From a virus, in IMG/VR virus record IMGVR_UViG_3300050343_000265, positions 19,954 to 83,953 of that record: 64,000 nucleotides of DNA; one strand, given 5' to 3'. The notes under the pieces are model-generated. The model was given only the letters and a program-made list of their open reading frames with translations. It did no database searches and had not been told where the DNA came from. Shown here in pieces: positions 10,077-20,630 of this stretch (positions within the stretch are counted from its first letter, which is position 1; every line of letters begins with the position of its first letter). The translations under genes were made by a program, and so were the position numbers.

Positions 10077-12701
10077 ATGAAGCTACAATTAAAGCGCAGT
10101 AATGTTCTAGTTAGCGGTGGTGCAAAAGAACCAACAGCAGCACAACTAGATTACGGCGAATTAGCAATTAACTACAGTGCTGGAGATGCTGCTATCTTCC
10201 TGAAGGATAGTACAAATAATGTTATTCGAATCGCTGGCGTACATAATATTGCCGATGATGGTCTAACAAACGTTCCTACTACCACAAGTCCTCCAACATC
10301 TCCGACACCAGAAGCTGGAAACCTTTGGTATAACTCTGAAGATGGCCGTTTATATATTTACTACGTAGATGACAATAGCTCACAGTGGGTTGATGCAAGT
10401 CCAGATACTTGGCAAACAACAGTAATTCCAGATACAACTAATCCTGCTCATCAGGCAGGGACGTTAGACGATCGCTACGTCAATATCAATGGCGACACCC
10501 TTACAGGTGCTCTGCTGCTGGATAACGCTGCAACTTCTACAGCACCAGACCTTGCTTTTGATGGTGATACAAATACAGGCATTTACTCCCCTGGTGCTGA
10601 TCAATTATCAATCGCTACTGTTGGAGTACAGCGCGTCACAGTTGATGGATCGGGCAATGTTGGAATTGGGACATCGTCGCCAGCAAAATCCTTAGAGATT
10701 TTTAGAGACAGTTTCCCATGTTTGATGTTAAATGACGGTGGTCAATATAAATCTTATATGCAGCTAGGGGGTAACGATCTAGAGATTCGTGGTAGTTCTG
10801 GCTCAATGGAGTTTTATACAGGTTCAGCTGATGGTTTGTCATCAACCGAGCGGATGCGAATCGACAGCTCGGGCAATGTTGGGATTGGTACGCCGTCGCC
10901 TAGCTCTGCTCTTGACGTTTCTGGTGCTATTTCACTTAGTGCTGTAGCCATACCTTCTGCGGGAAAAGCAAGGATTTATTCACGAAACACTAATAACGCT
11001 CTTTATCTGCAGCCTGAAGGGGACCAAATTGCCTTTTTAGATGGATCTCAAAATACCATGGGGCTTTTTGAGCCAGATAAAATAAGATTTTTTACAAGCA
11101 ATACCGAGAAGCTGCGAATCGACAACTCGGGAAATGTTGCTATTGGTGCAGCAAGCTCTACATCAAGGCTACGTGTTATTGGCAACGAAATTCGGTTTAG
11201 CAATAGTTCCAATGCTTCGTACTACGGAACAATTACACACGATGCAGGTACTACAGGCGCGAACATTTACAACAACGTTGATGGTACAACTGCATCCCAT
11301 ATTTTGCAGCACAACGGCACCGAAACGATGCGACTCGACAGCTCGGGCAATGTCAATATAGGCGGAAAAGGCTTAACTACACATAGCAGCACTATAGATT
11401 CTTTACAGATTGGATATTCATTAAATCTATACGAAGATTCCTACTCAGGCGGTAATAGCAACTATGTAGTTCTTGCACACAACATTAACTACAACGCTGG
11501 CAATCTATATATGCGTAGCGAAGCTGCATCAAGAATAATGCAAAATGGAGGTATCATTACTTTTTCAAATGCACCAGCAGGGACAGCTGGTAGTGCTGTC
11601 GCATTGAATGAGCGGATGCGAATCTACGCCGATGGTGGCGTATCTTTAAAAAAATATCTTGAGTTTAGAGACGGAGGCGACACAACTTGGGCTGGTTACT
11701 TGGGAAGTTCAAATCATCTAATTTCTGGTACCGCTAATACTGATTTTACACTTAGAGCTGAAGCAAACTTACTCTTTGCTTCAGGTGGCAACAACGAGCG
11801 GATGCGAATCTCCAGCGTGGGCAGAGTACATATTGGTACCACAAGCGGTACCTCTAAACTAAATATTTATCCAGGAACTGGTGCTTCATCTAGGGGTTAT
11901 TGGCAACATTGTGGCCTTAGTATTGGCAACTCTACTCTTGTTGGTGACTATTCACAAATTGGTTTAGGGTATTTTAATTTAGGAAATTATGCTCCTAGTT
12001 ACATGGGGTTTCTTTCCACCAGTCAAGCAGCGTATGGGAAAGGAGCTCTTGTATTTGGAACACGCGATGTAACTACTGATGGCCAAGCAGACGAGCGGAT
12101 GCGAATCAACGCTAATGGCAGGGTTGATATTGGAGATGAATTAGGTACAGCTCATGCTGGTGAATTCCAAGTCATTAATACAAGTGGCGGTCAACAAGAC
12201 AATGACGCATTAGCATTCTTTGAAACTAATTCTCCAGACTGGATTATAATGACAAATTATAATGCTAGTGGTACTCATTACCACATGCGTTTTATGCAGC
12301 AAGGTGGTGTGAGAGGGTCAATATCTGGAAGCTCAGGTGCCGGCGTTACTTATACTGGCAGTTCTGACTATAGATTGAAGGAAAATATTGTTGAGATAAC
12401 TGGTCCTCAAGGCATTGATATATGTAAAAAGTTAAAGCCAAGTTATTTCAACTGGATTAATAATAGAATAGAAACAGGAGAGACCAACACAGTCGATGGT
12501 TTTATTGCTCATGAAGTTCAGGAGGCAGGTGTATTAGCGTCTGTTATTGGTGAGAAAGATGCAGTAAATGAAGATGGAAGTATTGCTGAACAAATGATGG
12601 ATTATGGAAAGATGACTCCTGTTCTTTCTGCTGCAATTAAAGGATTAATTGATAAAGTTGAAACTCTAGAAGCCAAAGTTGCAGCACTTGAAGCTGGTTG
12701 A
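10077..12701 (+). CDS. Tail fibre with C-terminal intramolecular chaperone (peptidase S74)
   Basis: LKRSNV..KEP...GELAIN N-terminus; ERMRIDSSGNVGIG repeats; SSDYRLKENI...GFIAHEVQE; ATG 10077. Confidence 0.85.
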   Translation: MKLQLKRSNVLVSGGAKEPTAAQLDYGELAINYSAGDAAIFLKDSTNNVIRIAGVHNIADDGLTNVPTTTSPPTSPTPEAGNLWYNSEDGRLYIYYVDDNSSQWVDASPDTWQTTVIPDTTNPAHQAGTLDDRYVNINGDTLTGALLLDNAATSTAPDLAFDGDTNTGIYSPGADQLSIATVGVQRVTVDGSGNVGIGTSSPAKSLEIFRDSFPCLMLNDGGQYKSYMQLGGNDLEIRGSSGSMEFYTGSADGLSSTERMRIDSSGNVGIGTPSPSSALDVSGAISLSAVAIPSAGKARIYSRNTNNALYLQPEGDQIAFLDGSQNTMGLFEPDKIRFFTSNTEKLRIDNSGNVAIGAASSTSRLRVIGNEIRFSNSSNASYYGTITHDAGTTGANIYNNVDGTTASHILQHNGTETMRLDSSGNVNIGGKGLTTHSSTIDSLQIGYSLNLYEDSYSGGNSNYVVLAHNINYNAGNLYMRSEAASRIMQNGGIITFSNAPAGTAGSAVALNERMRIYADGGVSLKKYLEFRDGGDTTWAGYLGSSNHLISGTANTDFTLRAEANLLFASGGNNERMRISSVGRVHIGTTSGTSKLNIYPGTGASSRGYWQHCGLSIGNSTLVGDYSQIGLGYFNLGNYAPSYMGFLSTSQAAYGKGALVFGTRDVTTDGQADERMRINANGRVDIGDELGTAHAGEFQVINTSGGQQDNDALAFFETNSPDWIIMTNYNASGTHYHMRFMQQGGVRGSISGSSGAGVTYTGSSDYRLKENIVEITGPQGIDICKKLKPSYFNWINNRIETGETNTVDGFIAHEVQEAGVLASVIGEKDAVNEDGSIAEQMMDYGKMTPVLSAAIKGLIDKVETLEAKVAALEAG

Positions 12702-12784
12702 CAGTAAACCGCCCCGTGGCAACGCGGTGTATTAATATCTAATCATCGACAATTGTTAGAATAAATAATATCGACAACAATAAA

Positions 12785-13138
12785 ATGGCCGACACTTATA
12801 GCTGGAAAGTATCAACACTAGATCGCGAGATTTCTAACGGTACTGTATTTACAGTTCACTATACAGTTTCTGCTTCACGGACTAACCCTGGAGAAGGTGA
12901 GAACGATTACACAGCTGGTTCATATGGCACTGTAGGTGTTACTGCAGATCCTACTTCCAAGAGCTTTATTGCTTATGAAGATCTCACGGAAGACAATTGT
13001 ATCGATTGGGTCAAAGCAGATCTTGGTAGTGAATCAGTAGATGCTATTGAAGCTTCTATCTCAAGTGATTTAGATAATCAAGTGAATCCTATTGATGCAG
13101 CTGGTGTACCTTGGGCTACGGAAACTACTACTGATTAA
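12785..13138 (+). CDS. Fibre-associated acidic hypothetical protein
   Basis: FIAYEDLTE..CIDWVK, GVPW motifs common after phage fibre genes. Confidence 0.6.
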   Translation: MADTYSWKVSTLDREISNGTVFTVHYTVSASRTNPGEGENDYTAGSYGTVGVTADPTSKSFIAYEDLTEDNCIDWVKADLGSESVDAIEASISSDLDNQVNPIDAAGVPWATETTTD

Positions 13139-13191
13139 TCTCACAAAATAATAGTTAATAGCTAGAATAAAACCTGAGTCTAATACTTAAT

Positions 13192-13380
13192 ATGGCCTGT
13201 AAAAAATCAGAGTTGGTAGGAGCTATCAACTCGTTTGCGACTGCACGTGTAAGTGGTGATAATGCGCTACAGCAAATGTCAGCACAGTTGTTGCAAAATA
13301 CAATCGAGACACTTGAGTTTGAACCCGAAGAAGTTGCCGAAGACACTACTGAAGCAGAAGAAGAAGAAACTTCTAATTAG
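13192..13380 (+). CDS. Hypothetical protein, acidic tail
   Basis: ORF track; GCTAGAAT box upstream. Confidence 0.55.
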   Translation: MACKKSELVGAINSFATARVSGDNALQQMSAQLLQNTIETLEFEPEEVAEDTTEAEEEETSN

Positions 13381-13417
13381 TAACCGTTAAAATAGGACTA
13401 TTACAAGTCTCTGAATA

Positions 13418-15907
13418 ATGGCTAAGTTAGATTTTCCTGATGCTTCTTACTCTCCTTGGGTTGCTCCAAACAATGTAATCTATACTTACATTGGAACATC
13501 ACCAAACGGGTATTGGGAAGCTAACACTGCCAATGCTGCGACAAACTTAACAGCTGTCTTTGTCGAACGCACAGGCAGTACAATGACTGGTCCGTTGATA
13601 TCTGGACTTTCTGGTGCTGGTTATGGATATCAATTAAACAATGGGAGTACAAACCTAGGAGGATTATATAGAGATACAGGATCCTCAAGACTAATACTAG
13701 GAGATGGTTCTACTACAAAGATTGATCTACAAGGATCATCAGGAGCCGCCGAATTTGCAGCAGGTTCTTTTGTTATTGAAAGCGATGGTGACATCTCTAC
13801 AAATATTAGAGGTCACGGCCATATAGAGCTTGACTCTAGTGGATCTTTTAGTAGCCCTAAGATAAAATTATTTTCTACTACAGGAGCCGCCACATTTGCT
13901 GGTGATATCACAAGCGAACTAAATGCCAATTACAAGTCCGTCATCGCAGCAAACGGTAGCATTGCTCTTTATGGTGCTGGAAATTTAGTAACTTACCTGA
14001 ATAACGATGGATCCGGCTCATTTGCGGCTGATGTAATTATTGGCGAAGGAGGTTATGCTGCTCAAGACAAAACCGGAATATATCTAGCCGCCAGTGCTGG
14101 TTTCGCTAATGTATATCATTCAGCAGCCGCTACAGCAGACTTCTTATCATTCACCAAATATGACCCAAATACTGCTCCTTATTTTAGTGTTAAGGCATCT
14201 ATTACAGACTCAGGAAATGCCACATTTGCGGGTGACGCAACCATTAACGGGCTGACTGTTGGCAAAGGTGCGGGTAATATTTCAACCAATACGACGGCTG
14301 GAGCTTATGCACTTAATAACAACACCTCTGGTAGTGGCAACACAGGTATTGGATCTTATGTTCTTTATAGCAATACTTCTGGGACTCTAAATACAGGATT
14401 AGGGTATCAAGCTCTTTATTCCAACACTACTGGTGTTGAAAACACAGCTATCGGAGTAAACACTCTAGTTTTTAACACTACTGGTCTTCAAAATACGGCT
14501 ACAGGGTATCGAACTTTATACAATAATACCACTGGTTCTTATAACACGGCATCAGGTAAAGATTCTCTTTTTTACAATACTACAGGTAGTAATAATACAG
14601 CTATTGGTTATCAGGCAAGTATATCTAACACTACAGGTGGTGGCAACACAAGTGTTGGACAAGATGCTTTATATAATAACTCTACTGGTAACTCAAACAC
14701 AGCTATGGGCTACCGAGCCCTTACTAGTAATACAACTGCTAATCAAAATACAGCAATTGGTTTTGAGTGTTTGAAAGCTAACACTACAGGCGGCAATAAT
14801 GTAGCGCTTGGGTTGCATTCATCATATGGAAATTCTACAGGTACCAATAACGTCAGCGTAGGCGTTAACGCTAGTAAAAACAATACAAGTGGTGGAGAAA
14901 ATACTGCAGTAGGTTATAAAGCAAGTGAAGGCAATAGTTCAGGTAACTACAACACATCCTTGGGAGCTACTGCCCTTATAAGTTCGACCTCTAGTTACAA
15001 TACGGTCGTCGGTTGGCGAGCTCTTTATGGTCAGACCACTGGTTCGATAAACACAGCCTTTGGTGCCGAGTGTATGTATAGCAATACAGGTGGTAATTAT
15101 AATAGTGCTTTTGGCTATGGAACCTTGAGACAGAGCACTACAGGGGATAGAAATGTAGCTCTAGGGTATCAGGCTTTGTACTCAAATACTGTTGGAGGAT
15201 ATTCCACAGCTGTGGGTATGTACGCTAACTATTACAACACCACTGGTAATGGTAATGACTCTTTCGGCTACACTGCTCTACATTACAACACTACTGGCCT
15301 TTACAATTCAGCAATCGGCTATCAAAGTTTGTATCACAATACTAGTGGCAGCCGCAACACGGCTTGTGGACTAAATACTCTATATTACAACACTACTGGC
15401 ATCCATAATGTTGGGTTAGGACACAATGGCCTCTATAACAACACTACTGGATCTGGGAATATTGGTATAGGTTTTACTACTAGTGCTGGGACATATTCCC
15501 CAGTCTTTAACCCATCAAGCCAGGACAATCGTCTGGTTTTAGGTCATAATTCAATCACAAATGCCTATGTTAGAGTCTCTTGGACTGTCACATCTGACGA
15601 GCGCGATAAGATGAACTTTGCTCCAGTGCCTTATGGTCTGGACTTTGTTAATCAACTCAAGCCAACTGCCTATCAGTTCAAGGTAGATCGTGACACTGAA
15701 ACACCCAATGGTGATGTACGTTATGGCTTCAAAGCGCAAGACATTCTTGCATTAGAAGGTGAGAATCCTGTCATCATTGACATTGAAGATCCAGATCACC
15801 TCAAGTATAAAGGTGAGCATCTCGTTCCTGTTCTAGTCAATGCAGTACAAGAACTAACTACAATGGTTAAAGAACTACAATCTGAACTTAAAACACTTAA
15901 AGGTTAA
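13418..15907 (+). CDS. Second tail fibre with 17-aa NTTG..NTA.G..AL repeats and S74 chaperone
   Basis: Long run of tandem repeats; TSDERDK...GFKAQDI; coiled-coil C-terminus. Confidence 0.85.
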   Translation: MAKLDFPDASYSPWVAPNNVIYTYIGTSPNGYWEANTANAATNLTAVFVERTGSTMTGPLISGLSGAGYGYQLNNGSTNLGGLYRDTGSSRLILGDGSTTKIDLQGSSGAAEFAAGSFVIESDGDISTNIRGHGHIELDSSGSFSSPKIKLFSTTGAATFAGDITSELNANYKSVIAANGSIALYGAGNLVTYLNNDGSGSFAADVIIGEGGYAAQDKTGIYLAASAGFANVYHSAAATADFLSFTKYDPNTAPYFSVKASITDSGNATFAGDATINGLTVGKGAGNISTNTTAGAYALNNNTSGSGNTGIGSYVLYSNTSGTLNTGLGYQALYSNTTGVENTAIGVNTLVFNTTGLQNTATGYRTLYNNTTGSYNTASGKDSLFYNTTGSNNTAIGYQASISNTTGGGNTSVGQDALYNNSTGNSNTAMGYRALTSNTTANQNTAIGFECLKANTTGGNNVALGLHSSYGNSTGTNNVSVGVNASKNNTSGGENTAVGYKASEGNSSGNYNTSLGATALISSTSSYNTVVGWRALYGQTTGSINTAFGAECMYSNTGGNYNSAFGYGTLRQSTTGDRNVALGYQALYSNTVGGYSTAVGMYANYYNTTGNGNDSFGYTALHYNTTGLYNSAIGYQSLYHNTSGSRNTACGLNTLYYNTTGIHNVGLGHNGLYNNTTGSGNIGIGFTTSAGTYSPVFNPSSQDNRLVLGHNSITNAYVRVSWTVTSDERDKMNFAPVPYGLDFVNQLKPTAYQFKVDRDTETPNGDVRYGFKAQDILALEGENPVIIDIEDPDHLKYKGEHLVPVLVNAVQELTTMVKELQSELKTLKG

Positions 15908-15909
15908 TT

Positions 15910-16137
15910 ATGGATATTCTTACTATTACTCCTGAACAAATCGCAAACAACTACACTGCTGCTCTCGATAGCGTCACAGTAATCAATGAGCTAATGGCTC
16001 TAGATTCCCGCGATGACGCTCAGACATATACAGTTGCTCGTAATGTTGAGCACCTTGAGTTGATGGTTGCTAAGGACTACTGGACTACTGAAGACCTGAG
16101 TCCTTTTAATGATGCCATTACAGCTGGTAAGGCATGA
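15910..16137 (+). CDS. Putative fibre assembly chaperone
   Basis: Small ORF after fibre; RNVEHLELMVAKDYWTTEDL. Confidence 0.5.
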   Translation: MDILTITPEQIANNYTAALDSVTVINELMALDSRDDAQTYTVARNVEHLELMVAKDYWTTEDLSPFNDAITAGKA

Positions 16138-16142
16138 TCGTT

Positions 16143-16166
16143 ACCCCGTAGTAACGCGGGGTTTTA
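16143..16166. terminator. Terminator hairpin between convergent genes
   Basis: ACCCCGT-AGTAAC-GCGGGGT then TTT. Confidence 0.65.
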
Positions 16167-16167
16167 C

Positions 16168-16875
16168 TTAAACCATATATTGCTTACAGATCTTGTACTT
16201 AGCAAGTCTGTCGTTATAACCATTCCAGCCACCATTGATACGGAGACAACAGGCATCAAAGCCTTCTGTCAGGCATATATTTAATAGATCATTCTCTTCT
16301 ATCCAGATGCGTGCTGATGTAAATGGGTAGGTGGTAGACACATAGTCAACACCATCCATAACCTTTGGATCATTAATACCTTCGGCTAGACGAGAGTAGT
16401 TGTATTTTCCAGTTAACTGGAGTACTCCTGCCCCTTTCCAAACCTCCCCCTCGTCTGGACCATGGCCTAAGTCAGTCCTACCACGTAAGTACATACCGTC
16501 TGATATCTCTTTCATATAAACAAAATTACAAGTCTCATGCATCATGTTTGCCATGAGCATCTGTGCTGCATCAATGTGCTCTATAAACCCTGTGTCACCA
16601 TACAAGCGATTGCAATCATTTATAAAGACTTTATCAAATGCAGATGATGGATAACCAGTTAACTGCTCCATCAGCAGAGGTGTCACCAGTTTTTTAAACT
16701 TCTTGACGTCAGCTGTTTTTCTATAAGTCTTTACCCAGTTCGCATCTTCATTGAGCTGATCACAGTTGCATTCCTGTAAGCCTTTATATAGCTCTTCTAC
16801 AGCTGCTTGTTGATGAGACTCCCCTCCGTAATACTTAAAGAAATTCTTGAACGATTCTATTGATAACGTACTCAT
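16168..16875 (-). CDS. Glycoside hydrolase family 19 (chitinase-like) endolysin
   Basis: MHET..F.YMKE, WKGAGVLQLTGKYNY, INGGWNGYNDR. Confidence 0.85.
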   Translation of the reverse strand: MSTLSIESFKNFFKYYGGESHQQAAVEELYKGLQECNCDQLNEDANWVKTYRKTADVKKFKKLVTPLLMEQLTGYPSSAFDKVFINDCNRLYGDTGFIEHIDAAQMLMANMMHETCNFVYMKEISDGMYLRGRTDLGHGPDEGEVWKGAGVLQLTGKYNYSRLAEGINDPKVMDGVDYVSTTYPFTSARIWIEENDLLNICLTEGFDACCLRINGGWNGYNDRLAKYKICKQYMV

Positions 16876-16940
16876 AAGAACTTATATTCAATACTGTTAA
16901 TTCTAACTAGTAAAATATAATTAGTCTCATTATTATATGT

Positions 16941-17219
16941 ATGACAATTAAAGAACGTGCAGCTTTTTGGGAGGCTATTGAAAGTGGCAATAGTCCTCTG
17001 TTATCTGTAATGCATACACTCGTTGAGAAGTGGGGATTACCTGCAATCATCATGTGTCTTGGTGATATCGGAAACGTATTATCAGAAGACGCGGAGACAG
17101 CTGCAGACCTTTCACCAAACCAGCGCGGTTTAATCCTTGGTGCATGTGCACAAGTATGCAATTTGAGTGATCAGATGCATGCAGAAATGGATCACCTTGC
17201 GGCTACTGAAAATGGATAA
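16941..17219 (+). CDS. Hypothetical protein
   Basis: ORF track; TAAAAT box upstream. Confidence 0.6.
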   Translation: MTIKERAAFWEAIESGNSPLLSVMHTLVEKWGLPAIIMCLGDIGNVLSEDAETAADLSPNQRGLILGACAQVCNLSDQMHAEMDHLAATENG

Positions 17220-17340
17220 GCAAGAAAAAGAGAACTGGAAAAAAATTAAAGAGGCTTTAGAAGAAGCCGATAAAACTGACTGCTACTTCTACAAAAGAGC
17301 AGTGGCCATCTGTGATGGTAAATCAGATCCCTTAAAATAA
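17212..17340 (+). CDS. Small cyanophage-type protein (42 aa)
   Basis: Manual: MDKQEKENWKKIKEALEEADKTDCYFYKRAVAICDGKSDPLK. Confidence 0.6.
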   Translation: MDKQEKENWKKIKEALEEADKTDCYFYKRAVAICDGKSDPLK

Positions 17341-17374
17341 ATTAGTTAAAATTAATATAGGTCGCATCTAATGT

Positions 17375-17641
17375 ATGTCTATACGAAAGGCTGGTGAAGT
17401 TTTTGCTGGTGAGGACAAACCTAAAAGGACACCAAATCATCCAACAAAATCACATGCTGTTGTGCATGCTGATAAGTTAATTCGTTTTGGTGAGAAAGGA
17501 GCAAAGACTGCTGGCGAACCAAAGGCTGGTGAAAGTGACAAGATGAAAAATAAACGTGCATCTTTCAAGGCACGTCACGGTAAAAATATTGCCAAAGGTA
17601 AAACCAGTGCTGCTTATTGGGCTGACAAGGTGAAATGGTGA
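17375..17641 (+). CDS. Basic hypothetical protein
   Basis: KPKRTPNHPTKSHAV...IRFG...SFKARH...SAAYWADKVKW, a widespread phage motif. Confidence 0.7.
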   Translation: MSIRKAGEVFAGEDKPKRTPNHPTKSHAVVHADKLIRFGEKGAKTAGEPKAGESDKMKNKRASFKARHGKNIAKGKTSAAYWADKVKW

Positions 17642-17796
17642 TGGATAACGATTTTCCGACACGTATGGCAGGTCAAGCGCTACAGCCTTATGTCAACACA
17701 GGCGAAGGGTGCGCAAAAATGCCAGAAAAATATCCTGCCAAACCACGTGGTGGCATGAGTCACGGACCGGCATTATTAGGACAAAGAAATGGCTAA
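17641..17796 (+). CDS. Small hypothetical protein (51 aa)
   Basis: Manual: MDNDFPTRMAGQALQPY...; overlaps both neighbours. Confidence 0.45.
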   Translation: MDNDFPTRMAGQALQPYVNTGEGCAKMPEKYPAKPRGGMSHGPALLGQRNG

Positions 17797-18160
17797 AGGT
17801 ATTGCAACAAAAAAAGATCCCAAGAAATGGGCAGCGTGTAAGTCAAAAGCCAAAGCGCGTATGGGTGGTAAACACAGTGCACGAGCAATGCAGCTAGCAA
17901 CTAAGTGCTACAAAGCTGCAGGTGGTAAGTACGAAGGGAAGAAACCATCAGCAAAAAATAATAAGATGAAACAGTGGACCAAACAAGATTGGGGTACTAA
18001 GTCAGGTAAAAATAGCGTTTTAGGTAAGGATGCTACAGGTGAACGTTATGCACCAAGAAAGAGACGCGAGGCTATGTCAAAAGCGGATTACAAAAAAACC
18101 AGCGATAAGAAACGCCGTGATACAGCTAAAGGAAAACAATATAGTAAGCAGCCTAAGTAG
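17789..18160 (+). CDS. Lys-rich hypothetical protein
   Basis: SARAMQLA..YKAAGGKY, WTKQDWGTKSGK, TGERY, GKQYSKQPK. Confidence 0.7.
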   Translation: MAKGIATKKDPKKWAACKSKAKARMGGKHSARAMQLATKCYKAAGGKYEGKKPSAKNNKMKQWTKQDWGTKSGKNSVLGKDATGERYAPRKRREAMSKADYKKTSDKKRRDTAKGKQYSKQPK

Positions 18161-18189
18161 TTAAACTATTAGTAATTACAGCAATAACT

Positions 18190-18375
18190 ATGGACAGACG
18201 TAAAAAAGGCAAGCGGATTACTCTCAACAATAATATCCCCGGACTGCCTGGTAATGCACCATTTAATCCTACAAATGGTGCAGGTCCTGGACGACTTGAT
18301 CCACGGTCAGCTGGGCATGATGGTCAAGCCTACATAGATCGCAATCGCTTTAACCGTAATGAACCCCTTCGATAG
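18190..18375 (+). CDS. Hypothetical protein
   Basis: ORF track; TAAACT box upstream. Confidence 0.45.
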   Translation: MDRRKKGKRITLNNNIPGLPGNAPFNPTNGAGPGRLDPRSAGHDGQAYIDRNRFNRNEPLR

Positions 18376-18961
18376 AAAAAGACAAGATTTAATTGTTAGT
18401 TATGAAGGATATGACCCTAATGCTTATCAGCTGCATGGTGAAGATTTTCATACCATTGGTTATGGAAGCACTGAGTATGAAGATGGTTCTCCTATCGGAA
18501 GTACCGACACAGTATCTAAAGCTCGTGCTCAAGAGTTACTAAGCCATCATATTGATCGAGCCAGAAGTGAAGTCAGCAAACTTAAGGGTTATCAGCAGTT
18601 ACCAATTAATGCTCAAATTGCTGTTGACTCGTTTGCCTATAACAGTGGTCCTAATTTTATCAACGATCCTATTGGTTATGGAACTATCAATAAGGCTATT
18701 AGAGCAGGAAATGCGGCAGGTGTTGCAAAAGCACTGCCTCTTTATGACAACGGTGGCCTAGCAGGTTTAGTTAGACGTCGAGCCGAAGAAGCAAATTTAG
18801 CCGTCACACCGGCATTTGATCCTATTGATTCGACCTTACGAAATGATCTCTCCCGTACTTTTGGGACAGAAGCTATTTTAAAAGGAGCTCCTGTCAAATG
18901 GGGTGGTAAAAATTATGGATGGCAGTCGCCTGAAAGTTTTAGCTCAATAGTTCCAAATTAA
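18359..18961 (+). CDS. GH24 lysozyme with C-terminal extension
   Basis: SYEGY...HTIGYGST...SFAYNSG...GLVRRRAEEA. Confidence 0.85.
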   Translation: MNPFDRKRQDLIVSYEGYDPNAYQLHGEDFHTIGYGSTEYEDGSPIGSTDTVSKARAQELLSHHIDRARSEVSKLKGYQQLPINAQIAVDSFAYNSGPNFINDPIGYGTINKAIRAGNAAGVAKALPLYDNGGLAGLVRRRAEEANLAVTPAFDPIDSTLRNDLSRTFGTEAILKGAPVKWGGKNYGWQSPESFSSIVPN

Positions 18962-18964
18962 GGA

Positions 18965-19261
18965 ATGAAAACCTTATATCTATATAGAAGTGGTGATAAC
19001 ACCTGTGTGTCCCATGACAGCTATATACAAATGGGTGCGATGTCCCATTCGGTTGAACATCACATCAAACTAAACCCAACGATCAACTGGATAGAAACCT
19101 ACTGGTTGCCTGATGTTTTCATGCATCGTTATAAACGTGCAACATTTCAAGCACACGAACGAGTGTCTGGTGGCAAAGACAGCATCGAAACCCGGCCACG
19201 TGACTTTCCCGACGAAGGAGCATCAAGGGGCTTACTGAGTGGCAAGCCTGTGGGAGAGTAA
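18965..19261 (+). CDS. Hypothetical protein
   Basis: ORF track with AAGGA RBS. Confidence 0.55.
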   Translation: MKTLYLYRSGDNTCVSHDSYIQMGAMSHSVEHHIKLNPTINWIETYWLPDVFMHRYKRATFQAHERVSGGKDSIETRPRDFPDEGASRGLLSGKPVGE

Positions 19262-19315
19262 CATAGGTCGTAGTTTTCGTTAGTTAAAATAGTTATATTG
19301 CCGAGGATAAAGTAA

Positions 19316-20371
19316 ATGCTTAACAATGAAAATAAAAGGCTAGGGTACACCGAAGTTTATTACAATTATAAAGCTGACAAATTTTTCACAGAAGACTTTG
19401 GCAATCAATTCAAAGGATTAGATATTACGTTATCCAATGGCGGTGGTGGAGGAAGTGGTATTCAGGCTGGAGATAATATTAGTCAACTTACAAACGATGC
19501 AAACTATGTTGTTTCAGGAGCAAATATTAGTACTTTAGTAAATAATGTAGGATTTTTGACGTCCTACAGCATTCCATCTGCAGCCAGCCTACCAACTGCA
19601 AATTTAAGCTTTGGTAATCTTGCTGCGTTATCTACAGATAACAATCCATATTTTTATGATGGTACAGCTTGGCGAAGAATCTTCTTAGCAGATGTTCCAC
19701 CTCAAGCAGGAGATCCTGATACTGATTGGGACAAAGTTATTCTTCGAGTACCATTCAATACAAATACTACTGACGTTAAAATTCCTCTCTCATCTAGTAC
19801 TAATGGTTCTCAAGCAGTTATTACTGGTAGTCCAAGAAAATTTGGAGCTGGTGCACTTAAAGTCCAAAACTCAAGCTATATTGTCTACAGTGGTAATAGT
19901 CTTGGCGCATTTTTAGATAACGATTTCACAATAGAATTTTGGCTCTATATAGATTCATTTAATGCCCAAGATCAAGATACAGGTATATTACGCAAAGGCA
20001 CTACTTATTTCTATTTTGATTTCGTTGGAAATAATCAGATGATCTTTAAAATACACCTATCGAATGTAGGTGTAACGACACCCGATCTCGTCTATAACAT
20101 CGTAGGTAACATGCCAACTGGCGGTTGGCATCATATTGCTTACTGTCGAAATGCGACGTCTGGTTTGTGTCAATTGTTTGTTGATGGTACGTCAAAAGGA
20201 ACTGTTAATCTCAACAACATGGTTGATTCAACTAGTTATGATTTATTTATTGGTGACCTAATGAATTCTCAAGCGGATATGGTTATGGATGATTTAAGAA
20301 TATCTAACTTTGAACGATATACGTCTAATTTCACAGCACCAACTGCAGAGCTGCCTACAAGTGGCAGTTAA
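19316..20371 (+). CDS. LamG/concanavalin-A-like domain virion protein
   Basis: DFTIEFWLY, WHHIAYCR, LFVDG, MDDLRIS...RYTSNFTAPT. Confidence 0.8.
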   Translation: MLNNENKRLGYTEVYYNYKADKFFTEDFGNQFKGLDITLSNGGGGGSGIQAGDNISQLTNDANYVVSGANISTLVNNVGFLTSYSIPSAASLPTANLSFGNLAALSTDNNPYFYDGTAWRRIFLADVPPQAGDPDTDWDKVILRVPFNTNTTDVKIPLSSSTNGSQAVITGSPRKFGAGALKVQNSSYIVYSGNSLGAFLDNDFTIEFWLYIDSFNAQDQDTGILRKGTTYFYFDFVGNNQMIFKIHLSNVGVTTPDLVYNIVGNMPTGGWHHIAYCRNATSGLCQLFVDGTSKGTVNLNNMVDSTSYDLFIGDLMNSQADMVMDDLRISNFERYTSNFTAPTAELPTSGS

Positions 20372-20532
20372 AACAGATATGTCATCCTGGCTAGAATCAG
20401 ATATTGAAAAATCCTAGTCAGTGACAGGGTTTTGACCCTGTGGAAAACTTTGGCCTCGATTGATAAGCAGAGCTGATTGGTTTTAGCCATATTTCGTGGG
20501 TATATTTCAGCCAACACCAAATACCGATGGAG

Positions 20533-20550
20533 CGAATCCCTCGCTCTCCG
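20533..20550 (+). other. Putative attP core (3' end of a tRNA-Ser)
   Basis: CGAATCCCTCGCTCTCCG looks like a tRNA T-loop/T-stem/acceptor 3' half, 80 nt upstream of a tyrosine recombinase and followed by a terminator hairpin. Confidence 0.6.
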
Positions 20551-20562
20551 TCACCTAACACT

Positions 20563-20588
20563 TAACCCCTCATCTGGGGGGTTATTTT
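20563..20588 (+). terminator. Terminator hairpin after the att-like core
   Basis: TAACCCCT-CATCT-GGGGGGTTA-TTTT. Confidence 0.6.
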
Positions 20589-20630
20589 GCTAGATATGTA
20601 TTGGTGTTGCTTATAACCCAGAAAGATCAC

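Noticed and set aside
10077-15907. Diversity-generating retroelement acting on the tail fibres
   Set aside because: No reverse transcriptase and no adenine-specific TR/VR pair seen.
20533-20553. Full tRNA-Ser gene
   Set aside because: Only the 3' 18 nt are present; there is no 5' half.
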